A DNA stretch of 55,280 nt, counting the filler, from Platydemus manokwari (lineage: Eukaryota), in NCBI GenBank assembly GCA_037951405.1. It is 5 parts of 5 records of this genome, joined end to end, with 100 filler letters (N's around TTAATTAATTAA, not from the genome) between each part and the next. Parts side by side here need not be neighbours in the genome. Positions count along the whole stretch, not along the records: positions 24,108 to 33,360 come from JBBMOY011277206.1; positions 33,461 to 44,295 come from JBBMOY011101887.1; 3 more parts are not named here. One strand, written 5' to 3'. A model generated the notes under the pieces. It saw only the letters and a program-made list of their open reading frames with translations. It had not been told where the DNA came from and did not search any database. Positions 24,108-37,331 of this stretch are shown in pieces. Within the stretch, counting starts at the first letter, position 1. The number at the start of each line of letters is the position of its first letter. Both the position numbers and the translations under genes were made by a program.

Positions 24108-27100
24108 TATATGATGATGTTTGAGTCAGAAATTATAAGTAAAAAACTGTTCTTGATATTAACGAAAACATCCTAACAGTATCGTTAAACCTTTTAATCG
24201 AATAAAAATAGAGAGATAAACGAAAATTTAATAAAGCAGAATGAAGGAATAAAAACCAGATATTTCATAAATTATATGAAAAATTCCGTAGCTTGATTAT
24301 ATGGAGCAAAAAGGCTTTGAGGTTTATATGTATCAATTAATGTGATGAACTAAAAATATTCGAAAAAACATTGACTCGCCAAATAATGGACTGACAGATA
24401 CACTGAAGAAGTTTCAATGGAGATATTATACAGAAAAAGACTGACAAAAAAAAATTTCAGTTGTATTCATATTTTTAATAATCCATTTCTATCAAATTTC
24501 CTATTTGGCTGAATTGGATGATAAATCGCAATTAAGTTGGAATAATCTAAAATAAAATTTATAAATTTAATCGAGGACAAGAGAATCAACAGCGACAATA
24601 TTGCGGAAATATATAGAAGCAATCTACTCGGACTCAATTTCCCGAATTTTTGAAGGAGAATGAAATGGTTAAAGAGAAGATTAATTAATTGGAAGACAAT
24701 ATTAATATTTAGAAATATTAATAAATGAAGTTAACATTTCATTTGAAAAATAAGTTTTAAAATTTCCATAAATTAATTAAAATATTTTTAATATAAAATT
24801 TTAAGATATAATAATTTTCAAATTAAGACATTTCACTGCAGGCTATTTACTTGCTTCAGGTTATTGATTTCTCTATTCTCAGTCCGCTGATTTCTTTGTT
24901 GTGGGTCAATTTTCCGATTGACTGTCAGACATCTCATATAGCTTCGTCGTGGTAATGTGTGGAATATTGGTCTGGTTGATAATGTTTCTGTTGATAAGAA
25001 CTTCTGTTCTGAGTTTCTGTAATTTGTTATTAGGTCCAGTTAAATCTGCAATCTCTCACTAAGTAAGATATTGGAATCTTAAAAATGGCTCTTTGCTCGG
25101 TCATGAAATATTGTTGTGTTTCTCTGTCAGTTATTCTTGTTTAGAAATTTTCAATGAAAATTTTCGCCAGTTTTTAACGAATTTTACTTCCAGTCCTGAA
25201 AATATTTACCTTAGTTTTCATCAACAAGACTCTAGTTCTACCCAAAATTGTTAAATTTTTGTGTCTTAATTGGAATCCTGATCCTTAATTTGAGAATCAC
25301 AAAAAAAGAACATGCATTCTATCCTGTTTTTATAAAACCTTTTACTGATTTGTTTATTTTTTGATTTTTTCTGCACCAGCAAATATAACAGTTTTGAGAC
25401 TCTCTATTCACATCAGAAATTATTCCAAGATAAGTGTTAAGTAATTATTTAATAAAATTCAATTCTAAGGATATAATATTGATTTAAGAAATTCGATTTA
25501 TTAAATGATTTTTAGACTTAACTGTCTAGATATTTAAATTTTTTACCACACCGTCGAAAACAGAGTATTTTAGAATTATATTTTCACAGGGGTTGTTGAA
25601 TGTTTTGTTTCTGGAATTTAAGAAAACCGTTTGTATTCGTTTCCTTATAAATAATAAATATTCTAGTTAGTCATTGGTAATTTTAAAATAATCTTAAATT
25701 TATTTACAGATCAATTTATGTAAACCTATTTTTTATTCAAATTTTAATTTTTTGTAAGCATTTTCTGATTTTATTTTAAATCTCAGTTAATAAATCAAAC
25801 CATTTGTGTCAACATTATTTCTGTTTTCATGGAGTGATAACAATTACGATTAGAATAAAGCTTTTATTTGCAAATAATCAAAAATTAAAAATTTCTTAAA
25901 ATTTATCATGATGCAAAAAATCTTTCTAAATTTCAAGTGATTAAATTAATTTTAAAAATAATGCTTTGAATTATTGGCATGATTGGTATGATTAAGTACT
26001 TTTATAAGTTTAATTATTTAAAAAACAATTAACGAATTTAGAGTTAAATATGTCAATGTTATATTTAATCGATTTTAGCTTTAAATTTATCAGTTAAATG
26101 AACCTTAATTTCCAAGCAGACTGAGAAAATATTGCAATAGTCTGATTGGATTGGAATAATTGAGTTGAACTTATGATATTTTGAACAAATTAAATTTTCT
26201 CAACTATTGAATTAACCTTATTAAATCTTTTAATTAAACTTTTATCAATGTTATTTAAGTGTATGTAAATTGCTAAATTGAGTGGACGAAATTTTAGTTT
26301 TATTTAGTAAGTCCAGACCATTATTCATTTAAATGTGATGTTATAGAGATATTTTATACAAATATTTATTACTTATCTATATTTGTTAGTCTTTCTGAGT
26401 TTAGTTTTTAGTTTTAGAACTACAGAATATTTATTTAACTTTTTTGAACTTATTCACACATGTTTTTCGAATCAGTAGTTGATATTTCCACAGCTTTTTA
26501 TGAGGTCTCCATGAAGCCGATGATCTAAATGACAATAAAATGTTTATCAACAGTTTATTAGCTATTATATTAAATGCATTTTAAGGCAAATCATAGAGCT
26601 TGTGTAAATAAATAAGAATAAGATAAATAACGTAAGAAAACCGATGAATAAATACCTATTTATAATAAGAAAATAACAAAACTATATATATAATATATGA
26701 TCAATATTAATTAGTCTACTAATCGGCCATACAAATTTATGATGATTAGTAGCAAAATCTGTAAGAGCAAATGAGAACATTGCCAAATAGTCTGGATCCT
26801 TTAGATAGGTATGGGCAGTTTCCAAAAGCCACATTTTCAACTTTGATGAAGAGAAAATTGACAGCTTTCTGTACGACATCTTTGGTTAGAATTGATAGGT
26901 CTTCTTTTGGAAAATTGGTTATTGAGTCAAAGAAGTAAAATTTCCAAATTTTCAATATCGATTATTATGAGATATAGGTGGTAGTTTGATGTATTTATAA
27001 GGCAGTAAATTGCATCTGCATTTTTACCTTGTCTTTTTTGAGATAAGACATTGGATAGCCGTGGTTATTGTCTATCAGAGCAGTTTTTGTGATTGGATAG

Positions 27101-27204
27101 ATGATAACCTTTTTTGTTCCAGTTCCACAGTATTGAAGTACCTTATATTACAGTGAACCATGCAAAATAAGAGGTGCATAATCAAGATATTGGCTAGGTC
27201 ACCA

Positions 27205-27316
27205 AAATTAGCAAAAAAATCACCAAAAAAATGAAAATAACCCTCAAAGAATCGTTACAAGCGCATGTCCGAATACCCAATCATATTCTTGCTATATATC
27301 AATTAATATTTAGAAC
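27205..27316 (+). repeat. Dispersed repeat, homologous to about 53478-53612
   Basis: Both places share ATGA(A/G)AATAACCCTCAAAG…AATCATATTCTT(G/C)CTATA(T/A)ATCAAT. Confidence 0.6.
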
Positions 27317-30161
27317 TCAATTATCAAGTGACTCATACCAAAGCAGACAACAAATATCGAAAAATACGCCAATCGCAAGAGAGATTCAAGAAAATTCTCT
27401 AACGGACCAACTGAACAACTTTATTAAATGAAAACTAAAGTCCTGAGGCAGCAAGTGTACGCACAAGATAAGCCTATAAAAGTTTTCATTCTTTTGATAA
27501 GTAATTTCAATTTTGTGTGACTTTCACATGATTTTCTGACAACCAGCCTCCTTGATTGTCTTCTGTATTAAAGATTAACTGTGCTGATCCCACTTTTCAT
27601 GTTTAGTGTCTGGGTTTTGTAATAAATTGTGATTTTGAATTATAATTTTTGGCATTTAGGATCAATGAATATCGCAACAAATAAATTCACCGAGAAGTTG
27701 TTTAAATAATACTTTTCCATCAACATCTTTATTTTCAATAAATACAATATTGTCATTTGGAGGAGTAAAAACATAAGTCGTTTCCATCAATGTTTTATTC
27801 AATTTTCAAAATCACACCGTTTGTTTTTTTTATATTAAAACAAATCACATTTTTTAACTAACAGGAGGATATTTAATCTTTGGTTAAAATAGATTAAATT
27901 AATTTGACCTCATTAAACATAAAAGATGTCTTCGTGACCTACTTGAAAAACCAATATGTGTTGAATTTCGAAGTAAATGAGGTGAATAATCAAGACAGAG
28001 AACGACTGATAGATTTGAGAAATTCCGAAAAAGAAAGCGAAGCATCTTTAATTTTAGAATTAGTAGCATTTAATTTTATTAAACTAAGATGTTTGGGTTT
28101 TAAATTTCTTGAATATCTTTAATTCTTTATCTGGTAATGATTTTTTCAATATATTTCAGTTTTTTCCTAATTTAGAATATTTATAGGACATATTAATGAG
28201 ACATAAAAATAGCCTTTAGAATTATAGAAAATCAGTCAAAGAAAAATACTAATATTTATTTAACATAAACATAAGATCTTCTGCGACGCGGTAGCACAAG
28301 GTAAACTTAAGTAATTATGCACTCATAATATAAATGAAAAATAATTTACGCCAATTAAATAAATCATAATTACAAATAATAAATAATCATTTTGTAATAT
28401 ACAGTAAAATAAATTTTCTAAAAAAATTTAAAAATTTATGAAGTTAATATTAATGATAAATTAAGATAGACTATCATTGATGGACAACGAGATTAGGAAA
28501 AGTGGAAAAAATGATACTGGAGATAAAAATATTTGACATAAACTAAATCCAATTTGTTAGATATATTGTTAAAGATTGTTAATATATTGATTATGGCTAG
28601 ATTCAAGTTATAAAATATACAAGTTATAAAAATTTATTGATCAACTTTTATATTAGAAGGGTTTTAAGGCTATATAATAATTTTAAGCTGTAATCTTTAA
28701 CTTACCTGGAGTCCGCGGATAAGGTTATTGCTGCGTTCTATAACTAGGTAAGATAATAATAAATAACATTTAAAGTATAAATAATAAAAATTCGATTACA
28801 AAACAAGACAGTAACATAAAATATATTTGATGAATTGGCAAATAATTTTTAATAGTCAAGATCAATACAATGCTAATGTAATAAGCTAAGGACCTGCTAT
28901 CAAGCAGTATAGGGCGTACCGCTTAGGAGGCCACACAAGCCTCTCGGGTAAAAAATAAAGTGGAGACCAAAGTAGAATTTATATGGCTTTAAACAAAAAA
29001 TAAAAATTTACTCATGGAGATAATTGATAAAGCAAGAACTTGAGGATAATTTCTTGCAAAAATATAAAATTTGAATCAACAGCTAATAATATTCTTTACA
29101 ATATAGTTAGCCGGAACAACAATTGATCAAATTTAACGATTGTACAATGAAAAATTGTGCCAGTAAAAATTGTGCCCAAACTGACTGTTTTGTTTACTTG
29201 GTTAAGCAAATTGCTTACATTTGTTACTATGTTTATTAACGTTTACAAGTCAGTACTAAATTAAGTAAAATTCCACAATTTTCGTTGATAATTTCACTAA
29301 ATTGAGGTAACCTATTTTTAGGACCGACGTAGTTACTAAAAATATTTAATGATGAAATTTTTCGTGACCTTGAGGTCCGATGAACAATTTGATTATTTTA
29401 ATGCACTTAAACAACTATAAATTTTAATGTATTAAAACACTATTTTATTTTTAATTTTGAAATTTTTATTTTTTTGTTAATTGTTATTTTTTTAAATTCT
29501 GTCACATTCTGAAAAAGATTTTCTCTTAATATCTATCACTAATAAATTATTTGGTTGGGTAGAAGTGGCCAAAATGGTTCTCCCATGAGTGTCACATGAA
29601 TTTTATTAAGCAAATATTTTAAAAATATATTTTGAGATAAGAATTATACAAAATTATTATAATAAATTAAATGAGATTATAATCTTAACATAAACAATGA
29701 ATTAATGAAAGGCTAAAAAGAATTATTAATTGAAATCTCACTGATTTTTGGATAAGTTAAAGTTGCCAGTATTTTAATCTGATTTTTGTATTAGGGAGTC
29801 TAGACGATTTTTCAGTTTATAACGATCATTAGCCAAACCAGATTTGCTGACTTTAAGAAATAATTTATAATTCAAAATTAAACAACTTTTAAATTCGTAC
29901 GGGCCCGTGTCACCGAAATTGATATTACTTTAATCTGAAAATTTTATGATAATCAATTACTCTAGCATTGTAAAAGTCTTTCTCAAACTGTTTTCAGTAT
30001 TTGGGCTGTCAAATATATTCGAACACCCAGTGTGCTCAACGTATATTTTCAAAAGATTACTAAAATTTATGACATTAGAGCTAGTTTGAAATGTGATAAA
30101 TGATTGTATATTTTAATGAAAAAATTTCAGTTCCTAATTTATTTATTGTACTTCATTTCAG

Positions 30162-32384
30162 ACATGGAAGGACTATCGTTTAAAATGGTCTACAAAGGAA
30201 AATGGTAATATCACACAAGTATTTCTTCCATCTGATAGATTGTGGCTACCCGATGTTGGAGTAATGAACGGCAGAAATAATAAAGATTTTGATTTCAGCA
30301 CTCAATCTCAGTCTCGTATGAGTGTTAGTCATGATGGTCATGTTACTTGGATGCATGGAGTTATTCTCGATGTCAGCTGTCCTTTAGATGTATCATACTT
30401 TCCATTTGATTATCAGACTTGTCACATTATCTTGATTCCGTGGCAGAGCCATGTTAAACAAATACTCATGGTTCCAATTCAACACGGTTCTACTGTTGAC
30501 AATAGCTACTTGCCAAATTCAAATATAAGTGAATGGGTTATATTGTATGTTAAATTTCAATATGAAACTTATGTCAGCCAGCTTAATGTAACCTATCAAT
30601 ATATTCTCATCACCATCAAAGTTCAGAGACAACCTTTATATTTCATTATTCTAGTTCTAGTTCCCTTTTCTATGCTTTCTGGATTGGCATGCCTTATTTT
30701 TACCCTCGATGATTCAGGGGATCGATTAACAGTAGCCTTATCTCTTGTACTCAGTATGACAATGTATGTCGTAATAGTTTCTTCCAATGCTCCCAGATCC
30801 ATGAGAAATTTACCAGTACTATGTGAGTTGACTTTTCATTTTTTATTACGAATAATTTAAAATTTTTATAGCTCGACAATTAATTTAAGTTTTTATATTA
30901 TTCTTTAGGGCAAAATTTATCGATTTTAATTAGCAACTTCATTCATTGTTGAAAATTATTGCTATTCACAAATAAAAATATGAGAAAGAGTTCATTATAT
31001 TTTAATTTCTAAAATATTTCCAAATTCTTCCATCATTCCTATATTACAGTTTTCACTAGATTCAATATTAATTATAAATAAACTGTATTATTGTTATTAT
31101 TATTTTTCTAAATATTTTTTCAATGATTAAGCTCAATCAATGATATCAAAAAATCTAATTAAAACAAGGAAATTTATTTTCAACAATTTTCTTTCTATGA
31201 TTTGTGTGAGGATTTTAAAGATTTTATAACTAATTGTTAATCGTTTAAAATAAGATAAATGATACCTTTAAATAACTTGTTTGAATTTTTGGTTGAATTT
31301 TTCGTTTCGCGCTTAGTAAAATCAATAACAGTTATGGCAATTCATAAATCAATAACGCGATTAATACAGAAAAATACCAATCATAAAACATTTTAATATT
31401 AAAAGTGCATCCAAAAGTCCCTGCGAAATGATGAGAGATATTTAGGCTCGTCGATCAAAGTAGTGATTAAATTTTATAGTAATTTGTTACGTAACTATCG
31501 TAGTGAAAAGAGAGTAATTAAAATCCACGTCTTTTAAATATGTGTCTACTAATGAAAATATTTCTTTCAGATTGATTAATCAATAAACAGCAATTCTTGA
31601 ACGTATTTACAAATCTGGAAGTTTTAATGATCATAAATGAGCATTAAAATTCATTTTTATGATTATTTCTGATCTGTTGTTGAAAGGTTTTTTATTTCTT
31701 TGGATAAAAATAGCTAAACGAATTTTTATTCCTAATATTCGCTTAAGTTCCATATGAATCTGATGTAGCATTTCTCTTATTATCGATATATATAGAGAGA
31801 GAAACAGACATTATTTATTCACAATAATTTAGTTCATATATTATCAATGTATGGGGTCATTATATGTGTTTTTGAGCACATTTTTAAAATTAAGGAAACC
31901 GATTAAACAAGAGCAACCTAGTTTTGTAATCTATATTCAAAGGTTTTTTAATATCAAAATCTTAAACGTCTATGTGTTTATATACCTTTACTAATGATCA
32001 GGTGATTGTTGGAAGACACGAAATACATTCCTTTTAGCTCCTTGAGTACGAAGATCCATTGAAAGGAAGAACTGATAAATGTTAGAAGAAATTTGTGAAT
32101 TTTGAAAACAAAATATTTACCGGAAATAAAATTTGCTTGTATTTTTTGAAAAAATATTAAAAACGAGCTTTTCTATTATTATTATTATTATTACTGCTAT
32201 TGTTATTGTTATTATTATTACTTTAAAAATAATAACAGGTATTTATTTATTAAATCAACTTGGTCTTCTCAGTGTTTCAACAGTTTTAGCAGTCATGAAT
32301 CAGAAACTTAGAGAAAAATATAAATTAACGTTTTGGCAAGACTTCCGACAGATACAGGCTTTGGAAAATCGTCCGTATTTTGAG
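30162..32384 (+). CDS. Cys-loop ligand-gated ion channel, nAChR-like non-alpha subunit (internal exons)
   Basis: Exon 30162-30822 (TWKDYRLKW, LWLPDV, Cys-loop CPLDVSYFPFDYQTC, R.PLYF, M1, M2) is joined in phase 1 to exon 32239-32384 (M3 CIYLLNQLGLLSVSTVLAVM). No vicinal Cys pair in loop C. N-terminal exons and M4 not identified. Confidence 0.92.
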
Positions 32385-33284
32385 GTTAGTTAATGTTGTG
32401 ATTAAAATACGATTTGGTTATTTATATAATTTATATAATTATTGTTATTTGATGTTTCCAATAATTGGTTTATTGTTTAATGCACGATTTGTTAAAAAAC
32501 ATGAAAACCTTCTTCTGCCGTTTATCATGTATTAAAGTGAAGAGATGAGTCACTTAACATTCAAATATTATTTTATAAAATATTATTTTTTATAAATATT
32601 ATTTTTTAATAAATTAAAATGCAGCAAATTAATTAAGTTTAACTAAAGCTTTGTAATATGTTTGAATTTGAAAATAATTTTTAAGACAATTAATGTTAAC
32701 ATTTTATTGCTGTTTACTGTATGAAATGAGTGTCACCATATTAACAGGTTAGGATTTCCTCTGAAAATTTATCGACACATACAATTAATTAATGAATAGA
32801 ATGCGTAATTAGAAGAACGTGAATTAAACATAATTCAACATTCCTTAATGAAACGATTTCAGAAATTCCGATAATAAAAAGTTAAGAGACAATGAAAGTT
32901 AAATATTTTTCAAGCCTTTATGCGCCGAGTAAAAATAATTCAGACTCATTAGTAATTTCTAAACAAAACCATTGAGTCGTATGTTAATAGAAAAATGTAT
33001 AGAATGGAAAGAATATGTTATTTTATGCAAACTTGTATTTCTTTATTCCTATTTTAGTTTTACACAATTCTTACACATCTTATAATGAAAAAATTAACCA
33101 ATAACAGAAACTATTCCTTAATTTGGTTTAAAAAACGATGACTTTTAGCATAATCACTGTGAGCATTTTAAATTGAATTAAAATTTTATTGATTGAATTT
33201 TATGAAATTAATTTTTGTATAGAATTTAATTTGGTATAAAAAGTTTTTGTATAAATCAAACTTATTGGTTTAAATAATAGTATT

Positions 33285-33360
33285 TATCAGGTGTACCGGT
33301 ATGAAATGAGCGTTAAGATACAAATATGTTGGTAGGGAAGATTTGTTGTGAACAAGCCTT
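33285..33360 (+). mobile_element. Mos1-like (mauritiana-subfamily) mariner TIR running into the contig end
   Basis: TA + TCAGGTGTACCGGTATGAAATGAGCGTT (33287-33314) matches 22/28 positions of the Mos1 ITR as I recall it (TCAGGTGTACAAGTATGAAATGTCGTTT). Confidence 0.65.
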
Positions 33361-33460
33361 NNNNNNNNNNNNNNNNNNNNNNNNNNNNNNNNNNNNNNNN
33401 NNNNTTAATTAATTAANNNNNNNNNNNNNNNNNNNNNNNNNNNNNNNNNNNNNNNNNNNN
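33361..33460. other. Artificial contig spacer
   Basis: 44 N + TTAATTAATTAA + 44 N. Confidence 0.97.

Positions 33461-33533
<73 letters not shown>
33461..33533. repeat. (AAT)n microsatellite at contig start
   Basis: About 24 perfect AAT units, truncated by the contig edge; lies in intron 3 of the SLC5 gene. Confidence 0.97.
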
Positions 33534-33553
33534 TATTAGATTATATAAATTAC

Positions 33554-33907
33554 ATTTAATTCAAAAACCGCTATTGCTATTCCACTAGAAGCACCGGATC
33601 CGGCTAAACCAATAAAATGTCCCGATCCTATGTTACTCGCAAATAAAGAGGCTCCTACCTATTACAGCAAACGTTTCATTAAATGCAAATAATTAATAAA
33701 GATCATTACAGGTAACCAGTGCATTGTTCTCCCCGCTAGAAAGTAACCACCGACGCTACCTCTATTGGAACATGATGCCTGATAGAGATCATTATTTAAA
33801 AATCATCAAAACCAATTCCAAACCCATATTCCTACACCCAATACTAAAACAAAATATCCAATAACCACTCCAATGTCTCCCCCTTCTAATTTGCCCACCA
33901 AAGACAT
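33554..33907 (-). CDS. SLC5A: Sodium/glucose (SLC5/SGLT family) cotransporter, exons 1-3
   Basis: Exons 33907-33824 ([28 protein letters not shown]), 33778-33710 ([23 protein letters not shown]) and 33658-33554 ([35 protein letters not shown]). Introns are 45 and 51 nt, all phase 0. Hallmark motifs GYFLAGR and [13 protein letters not shown]. The remainder is beyond the contig edge. Confidence 0.95.
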
Positions 33908-34507
33908 ATTTTATTTTTTTTCCAAGTTATCTAGCACTATAATGCATAAAAATCAAATATTTTATAAATAATTCGATTCATTAAATTGATTCAGTAAAAC
34001 AAATTCAAATATTCGAGAAAATCAAAAAATATAAAGGTTTAAATTTATTTTCAATTCAATGAGATAATTTATCTTGGTTGGTTTATCTTGAATTTTATTG
34101 ATGAAAACCAATTCGAAAAGAAATCATTGACAAAAAATAATAAAACATAAATGTTTTAAATTGCTTTATAAAACCCGAAAAATGTCAATCTCAATAATTT
34201 TATTAAAAATTTAAAATTAAATTCTTTACTTTCTAGCTTTTAGGTATTTAAGGTCAACTTACTATCATTAAATATATGCTGAAGTGATTTCAACATTGAT
34301 GATTTTTTAATGATTGTCCAAGACACTTTATCATGTTTAAAAAGATTTTAAATTCAGACCTTTCAAAGAAGCAAAGTATGCAAAAATACTATCTTTAAGT
34401 TATGTGGGTATGTTTCAATAGCTCCGTGTTTTGTAATTCTTTTTATTTATCAGTATCAGATAAAACAACAAACACACTATCAATTAATCATGTACTTTCC
34501 AAACTTT

Positions 34508-34681
34508 ATGTGAGAATATCAAATTGAATTTGAATTTATATTACATTTTATTTGATGTTAAATTTTATTTGATATTAGATTTAATTTATTTTGTTTAAAT
34601 AATTGTCTTTGAATATAATTGAATGTCGAGTCTTTTACAGTTCGTTTTCGATGCGTTTTTTATAAATAGTAGCGGCTTACA
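34508..34681. repeat. Dispersed repeat family with TGTAAG/CTTACA terminus (other copies 35251-35302 inverted, 41991-42039, 42341-42606)
   Basis: Shared core CAGTTCGTTTTCGATGCGTTTT…ATAGT…CTTACA. The 34508 and 42341 copies also share ATGTGAGAATATCAAAT and TTGTTTAAATAATTGTCTTT. Confidence 0.75.
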
Positions 34682-37018
34682 CTCTACATGTTACACACTA
34701 ATTCCGACATACTCGGGACTAATTTTCGAGTACATGGTATGTTTAAGTTTTTATTCCAAATCAAATGATGCCTCTTCTTACCTGTCATCTTTTCATAAAA
34801 TATCTAATGAAGATGATTTTAGGAAATCAACACAAAAATATATTTTTATGATGTTATTTAAACCAATTATTGTTCTTAATATATTTTAATTTAATTTCAT
34901 ATTTAAAATCATTTTTAATAATCATCACATCCCATGCAGGTTCAATTGGACAAAGATAAATTACTTGAATCTCTGTAATATAGAAATTACGATTTTTATT
35001 TTAACTTATTATGTTGATAAAAGCAGAAAATAATGTATGTAAATCTTTGGTTTTCTTTGCATTCTTAATAGATATTGTACCGAATACTATACATATTCAT
35101 CGACTTACAAATCTCTATTCTACTGTCTTTTTATGTCTTCTTTATATTTTCTTTATATATTCTCTATATAGTCTCAACTTCTTCCTTATTCTTTTCCATA
35201 ATTTTCAGTCATTAATCTTCTCATAATCGAATACTGATGCGTGGCTGCCATGTAAGTGGCTAACACTTTATAAAACATTCATTGAAAACGAACTGAAAAG
35301 TCCATCATAATTACATTGATAATTACCAATAAAAATATGAGTGCACTTTCAAGAACTTTTATAAAAAATCATAAAGCCCTAACAGTTAGTTAGCTTAAGT
35401 TTCCTCAAGAATTAGATCGGAAAGCCAATTGATATGCTGACCATGTCAACCAAATCAGTGGATTTGTTGATATTTCACAAATTGCAGAAAATCAATCCTG
35501 AAATTCTTTATATTTCGATGACGGAATAATTCCATATGAGCTTGATCTGATTCCTTGATCATTTAATGGTCAAAAACAATAATAGAAAAACAAATTATTG
35601 AAATCAGAAAACCATAATCACAGCTTATCGAATTAAAAATCAAGCCGATAAAAATATGTCAACTCCGCTCAAAATATTATTGATTTATGTTTTTGGCAAC
35701 TTTTGTCGGAATTATATTCTGCTTTAATGATTAGAAAACTTTTGTAATTATAATAATTAGAGAATATTTAAATTATTTTTCATTTCCTAATATCGTATGA
35801 GATTATTAAATCTTTGTTCCTTTCAAATGTTGCTCTGAAATTAAAACAAATACATGCGGAGGCAAAGTTAAAGATATATTTTTATTAATAATAAAATATA
35901 TTCAAAATATAAATAAAAATTTATTATATTTAGGTTTAGTCGAATAAGTTCTTGTTAAATTATCTTTACTTAAAAGGTGTTACACTTGAAGGATAAACAA
36001 AAATGAATTAGTTGGCTGAGAATCGATTTCTTTTAAAGATCCAAATTTGGGGTTTCGTTGATTGTGACATTTTGAAATCGTAATTCATCAATAAACACAG
36101 CAGATCTATTAATTAGGATCCATCAACACATGCAACCATCAATTTCAGAATTTCTGTGGTGTATGCTTGTGTTCAAATAAAATAAACGAGTTCTAAGACT
36201 TGAAATGATTTTATTGTGGCCATCGTCACACCTAAATAAATGATATACGTTATCTGAATTATTTTCGACTTTATTATAAATATTATTACAAGATTATATT
36301 TGATTTGTCAATCAGGTTTCGAGCACGTGTAATGTGAATTAGTCCGTTCTTTAGTAATTCAACTTTTCCACATTTAATGATATTTGGAAAGTACAAATAG
36401 AACTTTTTCTTTTGACATATGTTTTTAACGCCAATATCAAGTAAAATTATGACTATGGTTGTCCTAGAAATCTCTCACAACATAATCTCTAATAATGGCT
36501 TCTCCAGCGAGCTTCAAATGCAGGTTATTGACTTCATAAGCACGCTGAACCCATTGTATTGTTAACTTTTAGACAAGTTACAGATAAGCCAATCACTCCA
36601 ATTAATCTAGAGTTATAAGAATTTTGTTTTCGTCAATTAAACTTTTTTCTAACTCAAAGCCAGTTTCGAAGTTCTTTCTTTGATTATTAAATAAAATTAC
36701 GAATTTATCATTTTATTCGCCATATATATATATGTATGTATAACACAGTGTACGGATACAGAGTTTAAAATATGGTAACAAACATGTAACACAAAATACA
36801 CGATAAGTTAAAAGAGCACTCCTTCTTTTCACAAATTTGGAAATACCTACAAGATAATCTTTCTAGTACAAAACGTGTTCATTATTTTCAAACAATCTAA
36901 ATTTATAAACTTTTTTTATCATTCATAATATTTTTTATTACAATATCAGTGGTGATAGAGCATCCTGTCTATTTATCTTTTTTAACTTATAACATTACTT
37001 TTACTTTTTGTATTACTA

Positions 37019-37331
37019 GGATCATTTTCTGTTTACTCCTGTTTGCTCCTATAAAAAAATGACTTCACGGGAAAACGTATTACTGCGCTGAAGAGGTTAA
37101 CGATGATATGGAAAAGTGGTTCGCTTAAATACCTGCAGAATTCTATGAAAATGGAATAAAATAACTTCCAGAACGCTGGAAAAAGTCTGTGGACCTTAAA
37201 GGTGATTATTTTCAACATTTCAGATTTATAGACGAATGATGTTTTGTTTATATTTCTCAATTTACATATTTTCTTTGTTGGTTAAATAAATATTATTTTT
37301 TATCGGTCAGAACTTTCGTTCCAATCCTATA
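37019..37331 (+). mobile_element. 3' remnant of a second mariner transposase plus putative 3' TIR
   Basis: Degenerate translation …EEVNDDMEKWFA*IPAEFYENGIK*LPERWKKSVDLKGDYF, a typical mariner C-terminus. It is followed by GGTCAGAACTTTCGTTCCAATCCTATA, ending in TA. Confidence 0.8.

Noticed and set aside
26700-27170. Penelope-like reverse transcriptase fragments on the minus strand
   Set aside because: Only vague motifs (…NNHGYPM…, …FFDSITNFP…) in inconsistent order; not supportable without a search.
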